NCBI GenBank assembly: GCA_964291265.2
Contig: OZ219747.1
Coordinates: 3,264,001-3,328,000, forward strand
DNA: 64,000 bases
Reading direction: 5' to 3'
Source: Alphaproteobacteria bacterium
GTDB taxonomy: Bacteria > Pseudomonadota > Alphaproteobacteria > SP197
The stretch's first letter is position 1. Every line of letters starts with the position of its first letter. Under the pieces are notes generated by a model that saw only the letters and a list, made by a program, of their open reading frames with translations, did no database searches and had not been told where the DNA came from. Below, one piece after another: positions 10,748 to 21,032 of this stretch. Both the position numbers and the translations under genes were made by a program.

Positions 10748-11661
10748 CAGGACCTGCCAGGCCGACAACGGACAATGGGCGTCCTTGCCGCGTCATCGAG
10801 GTGCATGGAATTCTCGTCACCGTGGAACTCGACGGTGATCCCGTGCGCTGTGCCCTGCGCCAGGGCATCGATCCCTATCCCGTGGTCGGCGACCGGGTGC
10901 ATGTCACGACGGGGATGACGCCGCCAAGGATAGAATCAGTCCTTGAGAGACATGGGGTGCTGGCCCGTTGGCGACGCGATGCCAGCAGGCGCGTGTCGGG
11001 GAGTGCCACGGAACAGGTTCTCGCTGCCAACATCGACCGCGCCCTTGTCGTCGTCTCGCTGGCCAGTCCCCCGTTTCATCCCCGTATCATCGATCGCTAC
11101 GCGGTCATCGCCGCCAGGGGCGGCGTCGATGTGACGGTCGTGCTCAACAAGATCGACCTCGAAATGCCGCGTCCGGACCTTGTCGACCACTGCAGGGAGG
11201 GGATGGTGATCGTCGAGGTGTCGGCCAGGACAGGGCAGGGACTCGACCGGTTGCTCGACTGCATCAAGGAGCAGACTGTTGTCCTCACCGGGCCGAGCGG
11301 TGTCGGGAAGTCCTCCCTCGTCAATGCCCTCACCGGCACTCAGAGCGCCCGTGTCGGTGGTCTCGGCGGCCGGCGGCGGCAGGGAAGGCACACGACTGCC
11401 CGTTCATCACTCTATGATCTCGGCGGGAGCACTTCCCTCATCGACACTCCCGGGATTCGCTCGCTGGGTCTCGCGGGCATCTCCCGTGATGAACTCTCCG
11501 CACTGTTCCCCGACATCGATGAGGCGGGCCGCCGCTGCCGGTTCCGCGATTGCACCCATGATCACGAACCTGGGTGCGCCGTGCGTGTGGCAGTCCGGTC
11601 GGGCGCCATTCCGACAGGCCGCCTTGATGTCTACCTGCGTCTGCTGCGTGAAGAGGAGTAG
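10744..11661 (+). CDS. rsgA: Ribosome small subunit-dependent GTPase
   Basis: Circularly permuted GTPase NKID, GPSGVGKSS, GRHTT, DTPGIR; Zn finger CRFRDCTHDHEPGC. Confidence 0.92.
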   Translation: MTGPARPTTDNGRPCRVIEVHGILVTVELDGDPVRCALRQGIDPYPVVGDRVHVTTGMTPPRIESVLERHGVLARWRRDASRRVSGSATEQVLAANIDRALVVVSLASPPFHPRIIDRYAVIAARGGVDVTVVLNKIDLEMPRPDLVDHCREGMVIVEVSARTGQGLDRLLDCIKEQTVVLTGPSGVGKSSLVNALTGTQSARVGGLGGRRRQGRHTTARSSLYDLGGSTSLIDTPGIRSLGLAGISRDELSALFPDIDEAGRRCRFRDCTHDHEPGCAVRVAVRSGAIPTGRLDVYLRLLREEE

Positions 11662-11922
11662 GGACGAGTGACAATCGGTACGCTGCCGATGAAACCGAGC
11701 GGCGCGTATGGGGATCCCGGAAGATCCACGGCCAGGACTGGGCTGCTTGAGGTGAGACGGATGCGCACTGAGCGCAGACCTTGTCACGAATCAACGCCTG
11801 GAGTTGTGCATCGTATTCCTCGACGGTCCCGCTGCAGAGGAGCGATGCCCGGTCGAATCCCCGGCGTTCCGCGAAATCGCGCGGACCACACGGTCGCCTG
11901 CCACGTGCGCTGAGCGGCGGGG

Positions 11923-12525
11923 CTACGATTTCGGAGACCGGAGAAGGTGGGCGACGTCGCGCCACAGTTTGGCGAACGAGGGAGAATTTCGCCGCGCTTC
12001 AGCCATATCGAAGGTCGCAGTGAGCGCAGCCTGGTCGAGTGTCTCGCGGTAACGCCGACCACGTGGCATCCTTGCGCTGAGCCAACCCTTGGCGTCCTGG
12101 ATGGTTTCGGGATGATCCGGCGATGCAAGCGCCTTGTCGAGGCCGCGTCGTCCGGCGATCGAGCTCGCCGCCGCCAGGAACCAGGCTTCGTATTCCGCCT
12201 TGGCCAGGACCACGCGGATCTCCCGTCCAGGACTTGTCTCAACAGCGCGGGCGAGAAGTTGCGGGGCAAGTTCCGCCGGGCAATCGCGGTCTGCGTCAAG
12301 CAGTACCAGCACACTCCCGCTCGTCCCCGCCAGATGCGAGGCCAATGCTGCGGCGCGTTCCAATTCACCTTGCTTCATGAGCTTGTTGCGTGGCACAGGG
12401 ATTGGCCGGGGTGTCTCGACAACAATGTCCGGCGAAATCTCTCCGGCGATGCGGCGGAGCAACTCCGGCAACGCCGTTACCTCGCCATGCCCTTCCACAA
12501 TCGCCAGGATGGTCCTGCGCATCAT
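11923..12525 (-). CDS. DUF4276-like TOPRIM-fold protein
   Basis: IVEGHGE, LLDADRDCPAE, EYEAWFLA, SPSF; 4-bp overlap with the upstream ATPase. Confidence 0.75.
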   Translation of the reverse strand: MMRRTILAIVEGHGEVTALPELLRRIAGEISPDIVVETPRPIPVPRNKLMKQGELERAAALASHLAGTSGSVLVLLDADRDCPAELAPQLLARAVETSPGREIRVVLAKAEYEAWFLAAASSIAGRRGLDKALASPDHPETIQDAKGWLSARMPRGRRYRETLDQAALTATFDMAEARRNSPSFAKLWRDVAHLLRSPKS

Positions 12526-13733
12526 TCTGTGACCGGGCCGAACAGGTCCAGTTGACGGTCGATTGGATTGGAACGCGACGGGTCCGGGTCAAGCTGGTTC
12601 ATCCTGAGCAATTCGCCGGCCGTGTAGAGGTGATCCCTTAGCGCCAACCGTCCGGGCTCATTCAACGGGCCTATGCGGCTTTCGCCACTTTCCGCCGTGA
12701 CGGCAATGATCTGGTTCGGCGAGATATCCGGATCGTCGAGCAGTTCCGGGCTGTGGCTTGTGACAAGAACCTGCGTGTGCTCGGCTGCGTCCCGGAGGCT
12801 GTCCACCAGCACACCGGCGGCCGCGGGGTGCAGTGCAATTTCCGGCTCCTCAATGCCGACGAGCCAGCGTCTCCGGTCGTCTTGGGCATAGCTCTGGAAC
12901 AGCGCCACCAGGACCCCGAGCGCGCGCAGCGTACCGTCCGACATGTTCCCGGCGAGGAACTGCCACGGGTGTCGCGCACCTCGAACCCTCTGGCGGAACG
13001 CCAGGGTTTCCCTTGGCCCGATGGCACGGCGATCGACGCCGGCAATCCCGGGCACCACCTGGCCGAGATAGTCTTCGATTCTTCGCTTGAAGGCCGGCGC
13101 GTTCTCCGAAAGGTTGTGCAGGACGCTGGCCATGTTCCAGCCGTCCCGTGCCAGGAGCATTCCCGGATCGGGCGGCTGGAGATCCCGGATCTCTTCTGGG
13201 TTCAGATTGTAGAAGCCCGTTGTCGCCAGGGCATCGTAAACGGCGCGGAACGGCTCCAGGCCCGAAGCCGTGACGAGATACAGTCGGTCGGCGGCGGCGA
13301 CGGGAGGATGCGTGATCGTGCTTTCGACAACAGCGCCCCGCTCTACCTTGTAACGATGCTCGCCAAGCTCGTTTCGTGGCGCGACGAGGCACTCTTCCTT
13401 CCGGACTTCGTAGCCGCCCCTTTTTGTGGCTCCGACCGTGAAGGCGTGGTAGCCGACCCATTCCTCGAGCGTGAACTCGAGCCGAATGCTGAAATGGGTC
13501 GGGTGGCCGCCGGAGCGTCGGCGGACCTCGCCGATGCCGCCGCGGTCGCGCAACGCATGGTCCATGGAGTAACGGAGCGATTCGGCGGTGAATCTGAGCG
13601 CATCGAGAAAATTGCTCTTGCCCGAGCCATTCGGCCCGACGAGAAAGGAAAGCTGCGCCGGCCTCACATCGCAGGCGACGATGCTCTTGTAGTTTCGCAA
13701 GACGATGCGCGTCAGCAGGCGACGGTCGGACAT
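12522..13733 (-). CDS. ABC-type AAA_21/AAA_15 ATPase
   Basis: LRNYKSI, Walker A GPNGSGKSN, signature MSDGTLR, Walker B IEEPE, H-loop VTSHSP. Confidence 0.88.
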   Translation of the reverse strand: MSDRRLLTRIVLRNYKSIVACDVRPAQLSFLVGPNGSGKSNFLDALRFTAESLRYSMDHALRDRGGIGEVRRRSGGHPTHFSIRLEFTLEEWVGYHAFTVGATKRGGYEVRKEECLVAPRNELGEHRYKVERGAVVESTITHPPVAAADRLYLVTASGLEPFRAVYDALATTGFYNLNPEEIRDLQPPDPGMLLARDGWNMASVLHNLSENAPAFKRRIEDYLGQVVPGIAGVDRRAIGPRETLAFRQRVRGARHPWQFLAGNMSDGTLRALGVLVALFQSYAQDDRRRWLVGIEEPEIALHPAAAGVLVDSLRDAAEHTQVLVTSHSPELLDDPDISPNQIIAVTAESGESRIGPLNEPGRLALRDHLYTAGELLRMNQLDPDPSRSNPIDRQLDLFGPVTE

Positions 13734-13990
13734 TGAAGGTCTCTCGCTGGCGAGGCGGCGCGGCTCCGAGGTCAGTCTATCAGATCAGACACCCGACCCG
13801 CAGGAACACCTTGCCGTGAACATCACCGGGAATCAGGCCCCGTAAAACCCTGGATCGCCTGACACCACAACATCCGCGTCCTCAGCGGTCAGATCCGGAC
13901 GTGACGGGGTGGAATGACGGGTGCACCGCAGACATGAAGCCGCAGATGCTGTGGAGGCCCGCTTCGGTCATGGCCCTTGCAGCATGTGCT

Positions 13991-14605
13991 TCATGTGTCG
14001 TCGAGCAGGGCATCCATGATGCGCCTGGTGTCGGAATAGGCCGCAGCGCTCGTGGTGCGGCGGGGGCCGGCGACATTGAGGATCTGCACGTCATGCCGCT
14101 CGACCCAGTTTCGGCAGACAGCGAACGCATCTGGTGTCTCGTCGGGATGAACCACGAGGCAGGGTTTGCCGCAGGCCAGCGCCAGCCTTTCGGTGAGCGC
14201 TGTGCCCCCGGTCAGTGGTCGTCGCGCCACAATGAGCGTGGCATCCGAATCGCGCACGTTGAAGCGTGTGCGCTGGGCATGGTCACTCAGTGGTGTTTCC
14301 GCCAGCGGGTAACGCTCATCGATGATGCCATTGTCAGCCAGCCGACCCCTGGGACACCACCCGCCGGCCGTTCGGCCCCTGGCCAGCGCGGCATCGAGTG
14401 CCGCCCTGTCGGCGCCGGCCTGGCCCCCGGAGATGATCTTCAAAGGAGATAAACGGCAAGCAGCACCAGAACAACAATACACGATACCGTCGACACCACG
14501 GTCAGGCGCATGACCCGCTTGTAGGTGGAAAGGTGCTCGCTGTCGGCACGCTGCCAGTCGGCGATGACTTCGGCCATGGATGATCCCCGGTCGGACTGTC
14601 TTCAC
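13991..14605 (-). CDS. Putative molybdenum carrier / circularly permuted YpsA SLOG protein (true start probably near 14450-14500)
   Basis: KIISGGQAGADRAALDAA, GGWCPRGR, RTRFNVRDSDATL, GGTALT, LNVAGPR. Confidence 0.8.
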   Translation of the reverse strand: MKTVRPGIIHGRSHRRLAACRQRAPFHLQAGHAPDRGVDGIVYCCSGAACRLSPLKIISGGQAGADRAALDAALARGRTAGGWCPRGRLADNGIIDERYPLAETPLSDHAQRTRFNVRDSDATLIVARRPLTGGTALTERLALACGKPCLVVHPDETPDAFAVCRNWVERHDVQILNVAGPRRTTSAAAYSDTRRIMDALLDDT

Positions 14606-15134
14606 TGTCGGGCACGGACTGTATCGGCAGGAAGACCTTCACTCAAGCACGGGGAATCACGCCGTCCTGATCGCGACGATCCGCCCGGCCTGAGGGCGCC
14701 GCAGCACAGCTCCCATGTCAGAAGTCGCGGTGTCCTGACGGGCGAAGCACGACGTGACGTGTCACGTCAATCGGTCGCCCGGCATGCACTCGAAGGCCTG
14801 TTGACGACGGCAAGGATATCATGGCGGGCGCCGCCATCGATGAGCGCTTCAGGTGTCATGAGCAAGGCCGTGCGGTTCAGCGATATCGGTGGGAAGTCGA
14901 TGGAACGCCGCAAGGTTGTCCGGGATAGGTACGATCTGCGAACCCCGGGACATGCCATGCCATGCCACGCATGAAGCCATGCGGCCCGTAGCACATGCAC
15001 TCCGCGATCGAGGAGATCCGGGGGCGGTTCACGTGGCCGCAGCCATTCTTGACGACATGGACCGGCAAGAGCGCGATACTGTTCGACAACTTTCAGAGTG
15101 TGAATGATAACACATTGATAATAATATGTTTATT

Positions 15135-15545
15135 GATTCATGTGCCACCCGTTGCATGAGAAGACGGTACGCCGCCAGCCTGGCCCGGGCCAGGGAACTT
15201 GCCTCGGTGCGCTCGTAGTCCCTGGCCCATCGACGGCACCGGCCCGTCCAGGCACTGGTCCTCTCCGCAATCCGACGGCGGGGACGAACGGCGAACTCCC
15301 TGACATCCCTGGGTTTCTCGACAATCACGGTCGAGTCCGGCAAGCCCCTGGGGGCAGTGCGTCACGCAACCTGTGACCCCGTAGCCGCCGTCAGCAAACA
15401 CCCGGGAGGCCTCCGGGGCCTTGCGCGGAAGGTCCACAAGCCGTGTCCCGATCCTGGATGTCGGCCGCATGAACCCTTCACGGACAATCGGTGCCTCCTC
15501 GGTGTCCGCCGTCAGATGACTCTTCCTGCCCGCATCATGAGCAGA
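15135..15545 (-). pseudogene. IS5 family transposase remnant
   Basis: Frameshifted fragments GRKSHLTADT, VFADGGYG, RRRIAERTSAWTGRCRRWARDYER. Confidence 0.75.
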
Positions 15546-15796
15546 GGGACCGCCGCATTCCTCGATGGAGCCGTTGCGACGGGTTCCTCGCCTGCATCCC
15601 TGGCAGGACAGTCCTGCAATGGACACGCAGGCAAACGGCATGTATGGCAAGGTGGCGTGAGGTTCACGGCTCTGTGAGCGTGGTCCACGATGCCGGCAGA
15701 GCAGTCCGCCGCCCATGATTCGAGACCGCCCTGACGGCTGGATTGCCGATCCGGCATCGCTACACTCACATGACCCAGCATTCGGGATGCCAGTTC

Positions 15797-17926
15797 ATGT
15801 TGACCGTGCTGTACCGTCTGCCGCTTGCCGGGCTGCTCGTCCTCTGGATGATCGCTGCACCCCTTGTGCCTGTTGCTGCACAGGAGACGATCGACACCAT
15901 CCCCGGGCTCGTGTCTGTCCTTGAGGATCCCGTCAAACGTCAGCAGTTGATCGACAGACTCAATGCACTGGCATCGGCCGCAGACGAGGCCATCGAACAG
16001 GAGACTGCCTCCGGCATCTCCGGATTGGACCAGAGGCTGAAGGGTCTCCTGGAGAATCTCGATGACGGCAGGCAGTTGACGGGCTGGATCATCGACGAGG
16101 TGTCGCATCAGGACTTCGGTTCCGGGCTTCTCCGCATCGCAGGGCAGGCCGGACTGGCCCTTGTTGCTGGCATCCTCGCCTGGCTGGCGGTCGTCGGTCT
16201 CACGGCCGCTCAGCGAAGGAAGCTGCAGGAGGACGGAGGCGCAAGTGTGATGGGGCGGCTGATCGATGCCGGCTCCCGATTCCTGCTCGCCATGGCGCCC
16301 GTCACCGGATTCCTCCTGGCGACCTGGCTTGCCGCCTTCGTTCTGAACCCCGATGCCGTCGCGTTGGCCGTCCTCTACACGACCGCCATGCTCGTCGGGC
16401 TCTACGCCGTCGCCGTCATTCTGGTTCGCGTCATCATGTCGCCCCTGCGCCCCGCCACCCGACTGCTGCCGGTCGCCGATCGCGAGGCAGCCTACCTCGT
16501 GGTCTGGTTCAACCGTTTCTGGGCGATCGGACTTGCGGGCTTCCTGGCCACGGATCTGCTGCTGGCACTGGGCGCCCCCGAAGCGAGCGCCGGTTCCCTG
16601 GTGCGCGTCGTCGGACTGGTGCTCGCCATCATGGCGATTGTCGTCATCCTGCAGAATCGGGTTGCGGTTGCCTCCTGGATTGGCGATGCGGCGGATGGCC
16701 GGGCGCACTTCATGCGCTCGCGCCTCGGCGATGTCTGGCATGTGGTGGCCATCCTTGCTGTCGTCATCACGTTCATCGTGTGGGTCTTCGAGGCGCGCTC
16801 GGGCACGGTGTTCATTCTTCGCGGCCTCGCCTTCACGTTTCTTGCCGGGCTGGCCGGGGCGCTTGCCAGCACCCTGGCGCAACGGTCCCTGTCGAGACTC
16901 TTTCGCATCGGTGCTGACCTGCAGGAGCGGTTTCCGGACCTCGAACGGCGCAGCAACCGCTATCTCCCGCTTGTCGGCGCTTTCACCAATGTGGTGATCT
17001 GGACCGTCGCCATCGTCACGGCACTGGAAAGCTGGGGCGTCGAGGCGACGCACATCTTCCTGTCGCCCGATGGACTCGATCTTCTCGGGCGGCTGATGGC
17101 CGTTGTCGTGGTTGTCATCGTTGCCATCCTGATCTGGGAAATCGGCGATGGTGTCATTGCCAGCCAGCTCAGACGCAGTCGCGGAGAAGGGGCCAACCCG
17201 CGTGTCCTCACCCTGCTCCCGCTGGCGAGAAACATCCTCCTCGTCGTGATCGGGGGCGTGGCGGCCATGACGATCCTGGGCGAGCTCGGGCTCGATGTCA
17301 CGCCGTTGCTCGCAGGTGCCGGCGTCGTCGGGCTCGCCATCGGGTTCGGCGCCCAGTCTCTCATCAAGGACATCATCACCGGAACGTTCATCCTGTTCGA
17401 GAACCAGTTCACGGTGGGTGACTGGATCGAGGTCGGCGGCAAGATGGGAGGAGTCGAGAGCGTGACCGTGCGTACTGTGCAGTTGCGCGATCTGAATGGC
17501 TACGTCCATACGATTCCCTTCGGTGACATCTCCTCCGTCACCAACATGATGCGGGACTTCGGGTTCGCGGTGATCGACATCGGTGTCGCTTATCAGGAGA
17601 ACACGGACAAGGTGATCGATGTGGTGCGGCGGATCGACGAGGAGGCGCGCGGTGACGAGACGCTGAATGAGCGCCTTGCCGGGGATCTCGAGGTGCTGGG
17701 CGTCAATGACCTGGGCGACTCGGCCGTCACCCTCAGGTTCCGCATTCGCACCCTTGCCGGCTATCAGTGGGGCGTGCGCCGCGAGTATCTGAGACGTCTC
17801 AAGCTCGGATTCGACGAGGCCGGTATCGAGATACCCTATCCGCACATGACGGTCTATTTCGGTGAAGTCCGTGGGGGTCGGACCTCACCGGCCTACGTCC
17901 GTCTCGACGCCACGGGAGAGACCTGA
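15797..17926 (+). CDS. MscS family mechanosensitive channel with extended membrane N-terminus
   Basis: Many TM helices; LLAGAGVVGLAIGFGAQSLIKDIITG, GDWIEVGGKMGGVE, GIEIPYPH. Confidence 0.9.
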   Translation: MLTVLYRLPLAGLLVLWMIAAPLVPVAAQETIDTIPGLVSVLEDPVKRQQLIDRLNALASAADEAIEQETASGISGLDQRLKGLLENLDDGRQLTGWIIDEVSHQDFGSGLLRIAGQAGLALVAGILAWLAVVGLTAAQRRKLQEDGGASVMGRLIDAGSRFLLAMAPVTGFLLATWLAAFVLNPDAVALAVLYTTAMLVGLYAVAVILVRVIMSPLRPATRLLPVADREAAYLVVWFNRFWAIGLAGFLATDLLLALGAPEASAGSLVRVVGLVLAIMAIVVILQNRVAVASWIGDAADGRAHFMRSRLGDVWHVVAILAVVITFIVWVFEARSGTVFILRGLAFTFLAGLAGALASTLAQRSLSRLFRIGADLQERFPDLERRSNRYLPLVGAFTNVVIWTVAIVTALESWGVEATHIFLSPDGLDLLGRLMAVVVVVIVAILIWEIGDGVIASQLRRSRGEGANPRVLTLLPLARNILLVVIGGVAAMTILGELGLDVTPLLAGAGVVGLAIGFGAQSLIKDIITGTFILFENQFTVGDWIEVGGKMGGVESVTVRTVQLRDLNGYVHTIPFGDISSVTNMMRDFGFAVIDIGVAYQENTDKVIDVVRRIDEEARGDETLNERLAGDLEVLGVNDLGDSAVTLRFRIRTLAGYQWGVRREYLRRLKLGFDEAGIEIPYPHMTVYFGEVRGGRTSPAYVRLDATGET

Positions 17927-18940
17927 GTGCCTGGTTTGACAACCCTGGCCTCGACCCGCAGGCCTCGGGATGCCCGACACGTTCCAGGGGCCGTGGAGGT
18001 GAGATCCTTCACGTTTCTCCTGATCCCGGAGTTCTCGATGATGGCCTTCGCCGCCGCCGTCGAACCGTTGCGCTCGGCCAACCGAATGAGCGGCGCCACG
18101 CACTATCGCTGGATGATCATTTCGAGCGATGGCCGGCCGGTGCGGGCGAGCAACGGAATGGAGGTCGTACCCCATCATGCGATGAGCGAGGTCGCTGCTT
18201 GCGAGACACTGTTCGTCTGTTCCGGGATCGATGCCCATGCCTTCGCCGACAGGTCTGTCATGGCGTGGCTGCGCAAGCTGGCGCGCCAGGGAACCATCAT
18301 GGGAAGCCTGTGTACAGGAACGCACATCCTTGCCCGCGCCGGCCTGATCCGGGGCCATCGCTGCACCATTCACTGGGAAGATCATGAGAGCTTCAGCGAA
18401 CAGTATCCGGACATCGCGGTGACCGACGATCTCTTCGAGATCGACCGCAACATGATCACCTGTTCCGGCGGAACGGCCTCGCTCGATCTCATGCTTCATC
18501 TCATCGGGCTTGATCACGGCGTCGAACTTGCCGGCAGGGTTTCCGAACAGTTCATTCACGAGAGGATCCGGCAATCCGATGATCGACAGCGGATGGCGCT
18601 TCACTCGCGCACCGGAGTCAGTGATGCGAAGGTTCTGGCCGCCATCGATGTCATGGAACACAACCTCGAGGAGCCCATGACGATTCCCGACATCGCCAGC
18701 GGCGTCGGTCTGTCGACCCGACAACTCGAGCGCCTGTTCATCAGGCACCTGAAGCGGTCCCCTTCACGGTACTACCGTGAAATCCGACTGCATCATGCCC
18801 GCCTGATGTTGTTGCAGGGATCAACATCGATCCTGTCGATTGCCCTTTCTGCAGGATTCGTGTCCGCCTCGCATTTCAGTCACCGCTACCGCGAACTGTT
18901 CGGTCGCCCGCCCCGCGAGGAACGGCGCGGTGTTGTCTGA
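17927..18940 (+). CDS. GlxA-family AraC transcriptional regulator
   Basis: FSMMAFAAAVEPLRSAN, LCTGTHILARAGL, TCSGGTASLDLM, LSTRQLERLF, GFVSASHFS. Confidence 0.92.
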   Translation: MPGLTTLASTRRPRDARHVPGAVEVRSFTFLLIPEFSMMAFAAAVEPLRSANRMSGATHYRWMIISSDGRPVRASNGMEVVPHHAMSEVAACETLFVCSGIDAHAFADRSVMAWLRKLARQGTIMGSLCTGTHILARAGLIRGHRCTIHWEDHESFSEQYPDIAVTDDLFEIDRNMITCSGGTASLDLMLHLIGLDHGVELAGRVSEQFIHERIRQSDDRQRMALHSRTGVSDAKVLAAIDVMEHNLEEPMTIPDIASGVGLSTRQLERLFIRHLKRSPSRYYREIRLHHARLMLLQGSTSILSIALSAGFVSASHFSHRYRELFGRPPREERRGVV

Positions 18941-19901
18941 TCCGCGTCGACTGCCGGGAGTGGCGCTGACCTGCAGCGTTCTCTTCCTGACTGCCCTCCC
19001 TTCGGCCGCGGACTCCGGATGGGACGAGTTTCTCGCCGGCGTGCGCACCGAGGCAGCTGCAGCCGGTGTCGGTCAGCAGACCCTCGATGCGGCGCTCACC
19101 GGACTCGAGCCGATCGCGCGGGTGATCGAACTCGACCGCCACCAGCCCGAAAGCGTGCTGACCTTCGATGAATACATGGAAAGCAGGGTGCCGGAGTCCC
19201 TGATCGACAAGGCGGAGGAGAAGTATGCCGAACACCGGCCGCTTCTGGAGGCGATCGCCGCCCACTATGGTTTCGACGCCGAGTACATCGTCGCCATCTG
19301 GGCTGTTGAAACCAGGTTCGGGAGCTACACCGGCGGCTTCGACGTGATTGCCGCCCTCGCGACCCTCGCCTTCGATGGCCGGCGCGGTGCCTTTTTCCGC
19401 AATGAACTCCTGCACGCCCTCACGATTCTCGATGAAGGACACATCTCCCGCAACGACATGACGGGATCGTGGGCGGGAGCCATGGGTCAGAGCCAGTTCA
19501 TGCCGTCGAGTTTCAACCGGTTCGCGGTGGACTGGGATCTCGACCGGCGTCGCGACATCTGGCAGAACCGTGGAGATGTCTTTGCATCGATTGCCAACTA
19601 CCTGGCGCGTTCGGGATGGCAACGCGGCATGCCATGGGGGCGCGCGGTCACCGTGCCAGGGGAGCCTGGCCTCGCGCCGGACGGAATCGAGCCCCTTGAA
19701 ACGTGGTTCTCGCGCGGCGTGACGTGGCAGGGTGAGGTTTCCGACCTGCCCCTGAATGCCGCGGCGTCGCTCGTTCTGCCTGCCGGCGCCGATGGCCCCG
19801 CCTTCCTCGTGTTCGACAACTACAGGGCGATTCTCAAATGGAACCGGTCCGACTACTTCGCGATGTCTGTGACTGCCATAGCCGACGCGCTTTCCCGATG
19901 A
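18933..19901 (+). CDS. Lytic murein transglycosylase (MltB/SLT_2)
   Basis: IVAIWAVETRFG, GSWAGAMGQSQFMPSSF, WNRSDYFA; start approximate. Confidence 0.9.
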   Translation: MSDPRRLPGVALTCSVLFLTALPSAADSGWDEFLAGVRTEAAAAGVGQQTLDAALTGLEPIARVIELDRHQPESVLTFDEYMESRVPESLIDKAEEKYAEHRPLLEAIAAHYGFDAEYIVAIWAVETRFGSYTGGFDVIAALATLAFDGRRGAFFRNELLHALTILDEGHISRNDMTGSWAGAMGQSQFMPSSFNRFAVDWDLDRRRDIWQNRGDVFASIANYLARSGWQRGMPWGRAVTVPGEPGLAPDGIEPLETWFSRGVTWQGEVSDLPLNAAASLVLPAGADGPAFLVFDNYRAILKWNRSDYFAMSVTAIADALSR

Positions 19902-20701
19902 TCACGACGACGGCGCGTACCGCCGGCGTGGTGCTGCTCGGCCTTCTTCTGGCGGCCTGTGCCGGGATCGATTCTGCCACCACGGTGATGAAGTCCGGCG
20001 ACCAGGAGCCACGGGGTCATTACAAGGTCGGGCAACCCTATGAAATCAAGGGAGTCTGGTACCATCCCGAAGAAAATCCCTTCTACGACGAGGAGGGTAT
20101 CGCGTCCTGGTATGGTGAACCCTTTCACGGACAGCTGACCGCCAACGGTGAAGTCTATGACATGAACGAACTGACGGCGGCCCACAAGACGCTGCCCATG
20201 CCTGTCTACGTCAGGGTCACCAACCTGGAGAATGGGCGAAGTCTTGTCCTCAGGGTGAATGACCGCGGTCCGTTCATTGCCGGGCGCATCATCGACGTGT
20301 CACGCCGCGGCGCCCAGCTGCTCGGATTCGAAGGTCAGGGAACGGCCCGGGTCAGGGTTCAGGTCGTCGATCAGGAGAGCGGCAGGACCTGGGCCGAACT
20401 CGGCCGCGAGCCGGCGGGAACGGACAGTGCATCGGCGCCGGCCATCGATCTGACCCACGAGGATCCCGGTGGCGGCCTGTTCGTCCAGGCAGGCGCCTTC
20501 ACGAACGCGGCAAACGCCTTCGTGGTGAGCCATGCACTTGTCGGTACCGGTGACGTCCACGTCATCCGCGCCGTGGTCGAGAATCGGGTCTTCTACCGCG
20601 TCCGCGTCGGTCCCTTCCTCGCTCGTGGCCAGGCCGACCGCATACGCGAACAGGTCATGGGTCTCGGCTTTCACGAGGCCATTGTCGTCACCGTCATGTG
20701 A
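19898..20701 (+). CDS. rlpA: Septal ring lytic transglycosylase lipoprotein with SPOR domain
   Basis: Lipobox LLAAC, GIASWYG, TANGEVYD, AAHKTLPMP, VNDRGPF, VQAGAF. Confidence 0.93.
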   Translation: MITTTARTAGVVLLGLLLAACAGIDSATTVMKSGDQEPRGHYKVGQPYEIKGVWYHPEENPFYDEEGIASWYGEPFHGQLTANGEVYDMNELTAAHKTLPMPVYVRVTNLENGRSLVLRVNDRGPFIAGRIIDVSRRGAQLLGFEGQGTARVRVQVVDQESGRTWAELGREPAGTDSASAPAIDLTHEDPGGGLFVQAGAFTNAANAFVVSHALVGTGDVHVIRAVVENRVFYRVRVGPFLARGQADRIREQVMGLGFHEAIVVTVM

Positions 20702-21032
20702 CGCGTCCGCGTGCGCATGTGCAGGCGCGGCAGAGAATTCAGCGTCGGTGTCTCATGTCGCGGACCCGCTCCTCCTCCACGCCGAGCGTCACCGAACCTG
20801 CCCGGGCTGTTGTCCTGAAGGGGCCGCCGGTCGGTCTGCCTGAATTTCCCGTGAGCATCCCGTCTGTCATCCGGCAGGACCGTGAGGAGACACCTCGAGG
20901 GTTTCCGTCACGAAAATGCCGCGCCGTGATGCCATCAGTGTTCGTGGTATCGACGAGTGGTGGGGGAAAGCGGTATCCTCGGGCGCCGAACCCGAGTACA
21001 TGCGCATTGCGGTGGTGAGCGGAAGGACATTC

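Noticed and set aside
15512-17845. 777-aa minus-strand ORF
   Set aside because: Antisense shadow of the MscS gene
20702-21032. Insertion or sRNA in the 330-bp rlpA-dacA gap
   Set aside because: No TIR, TSD, repeat or convincing ORF found
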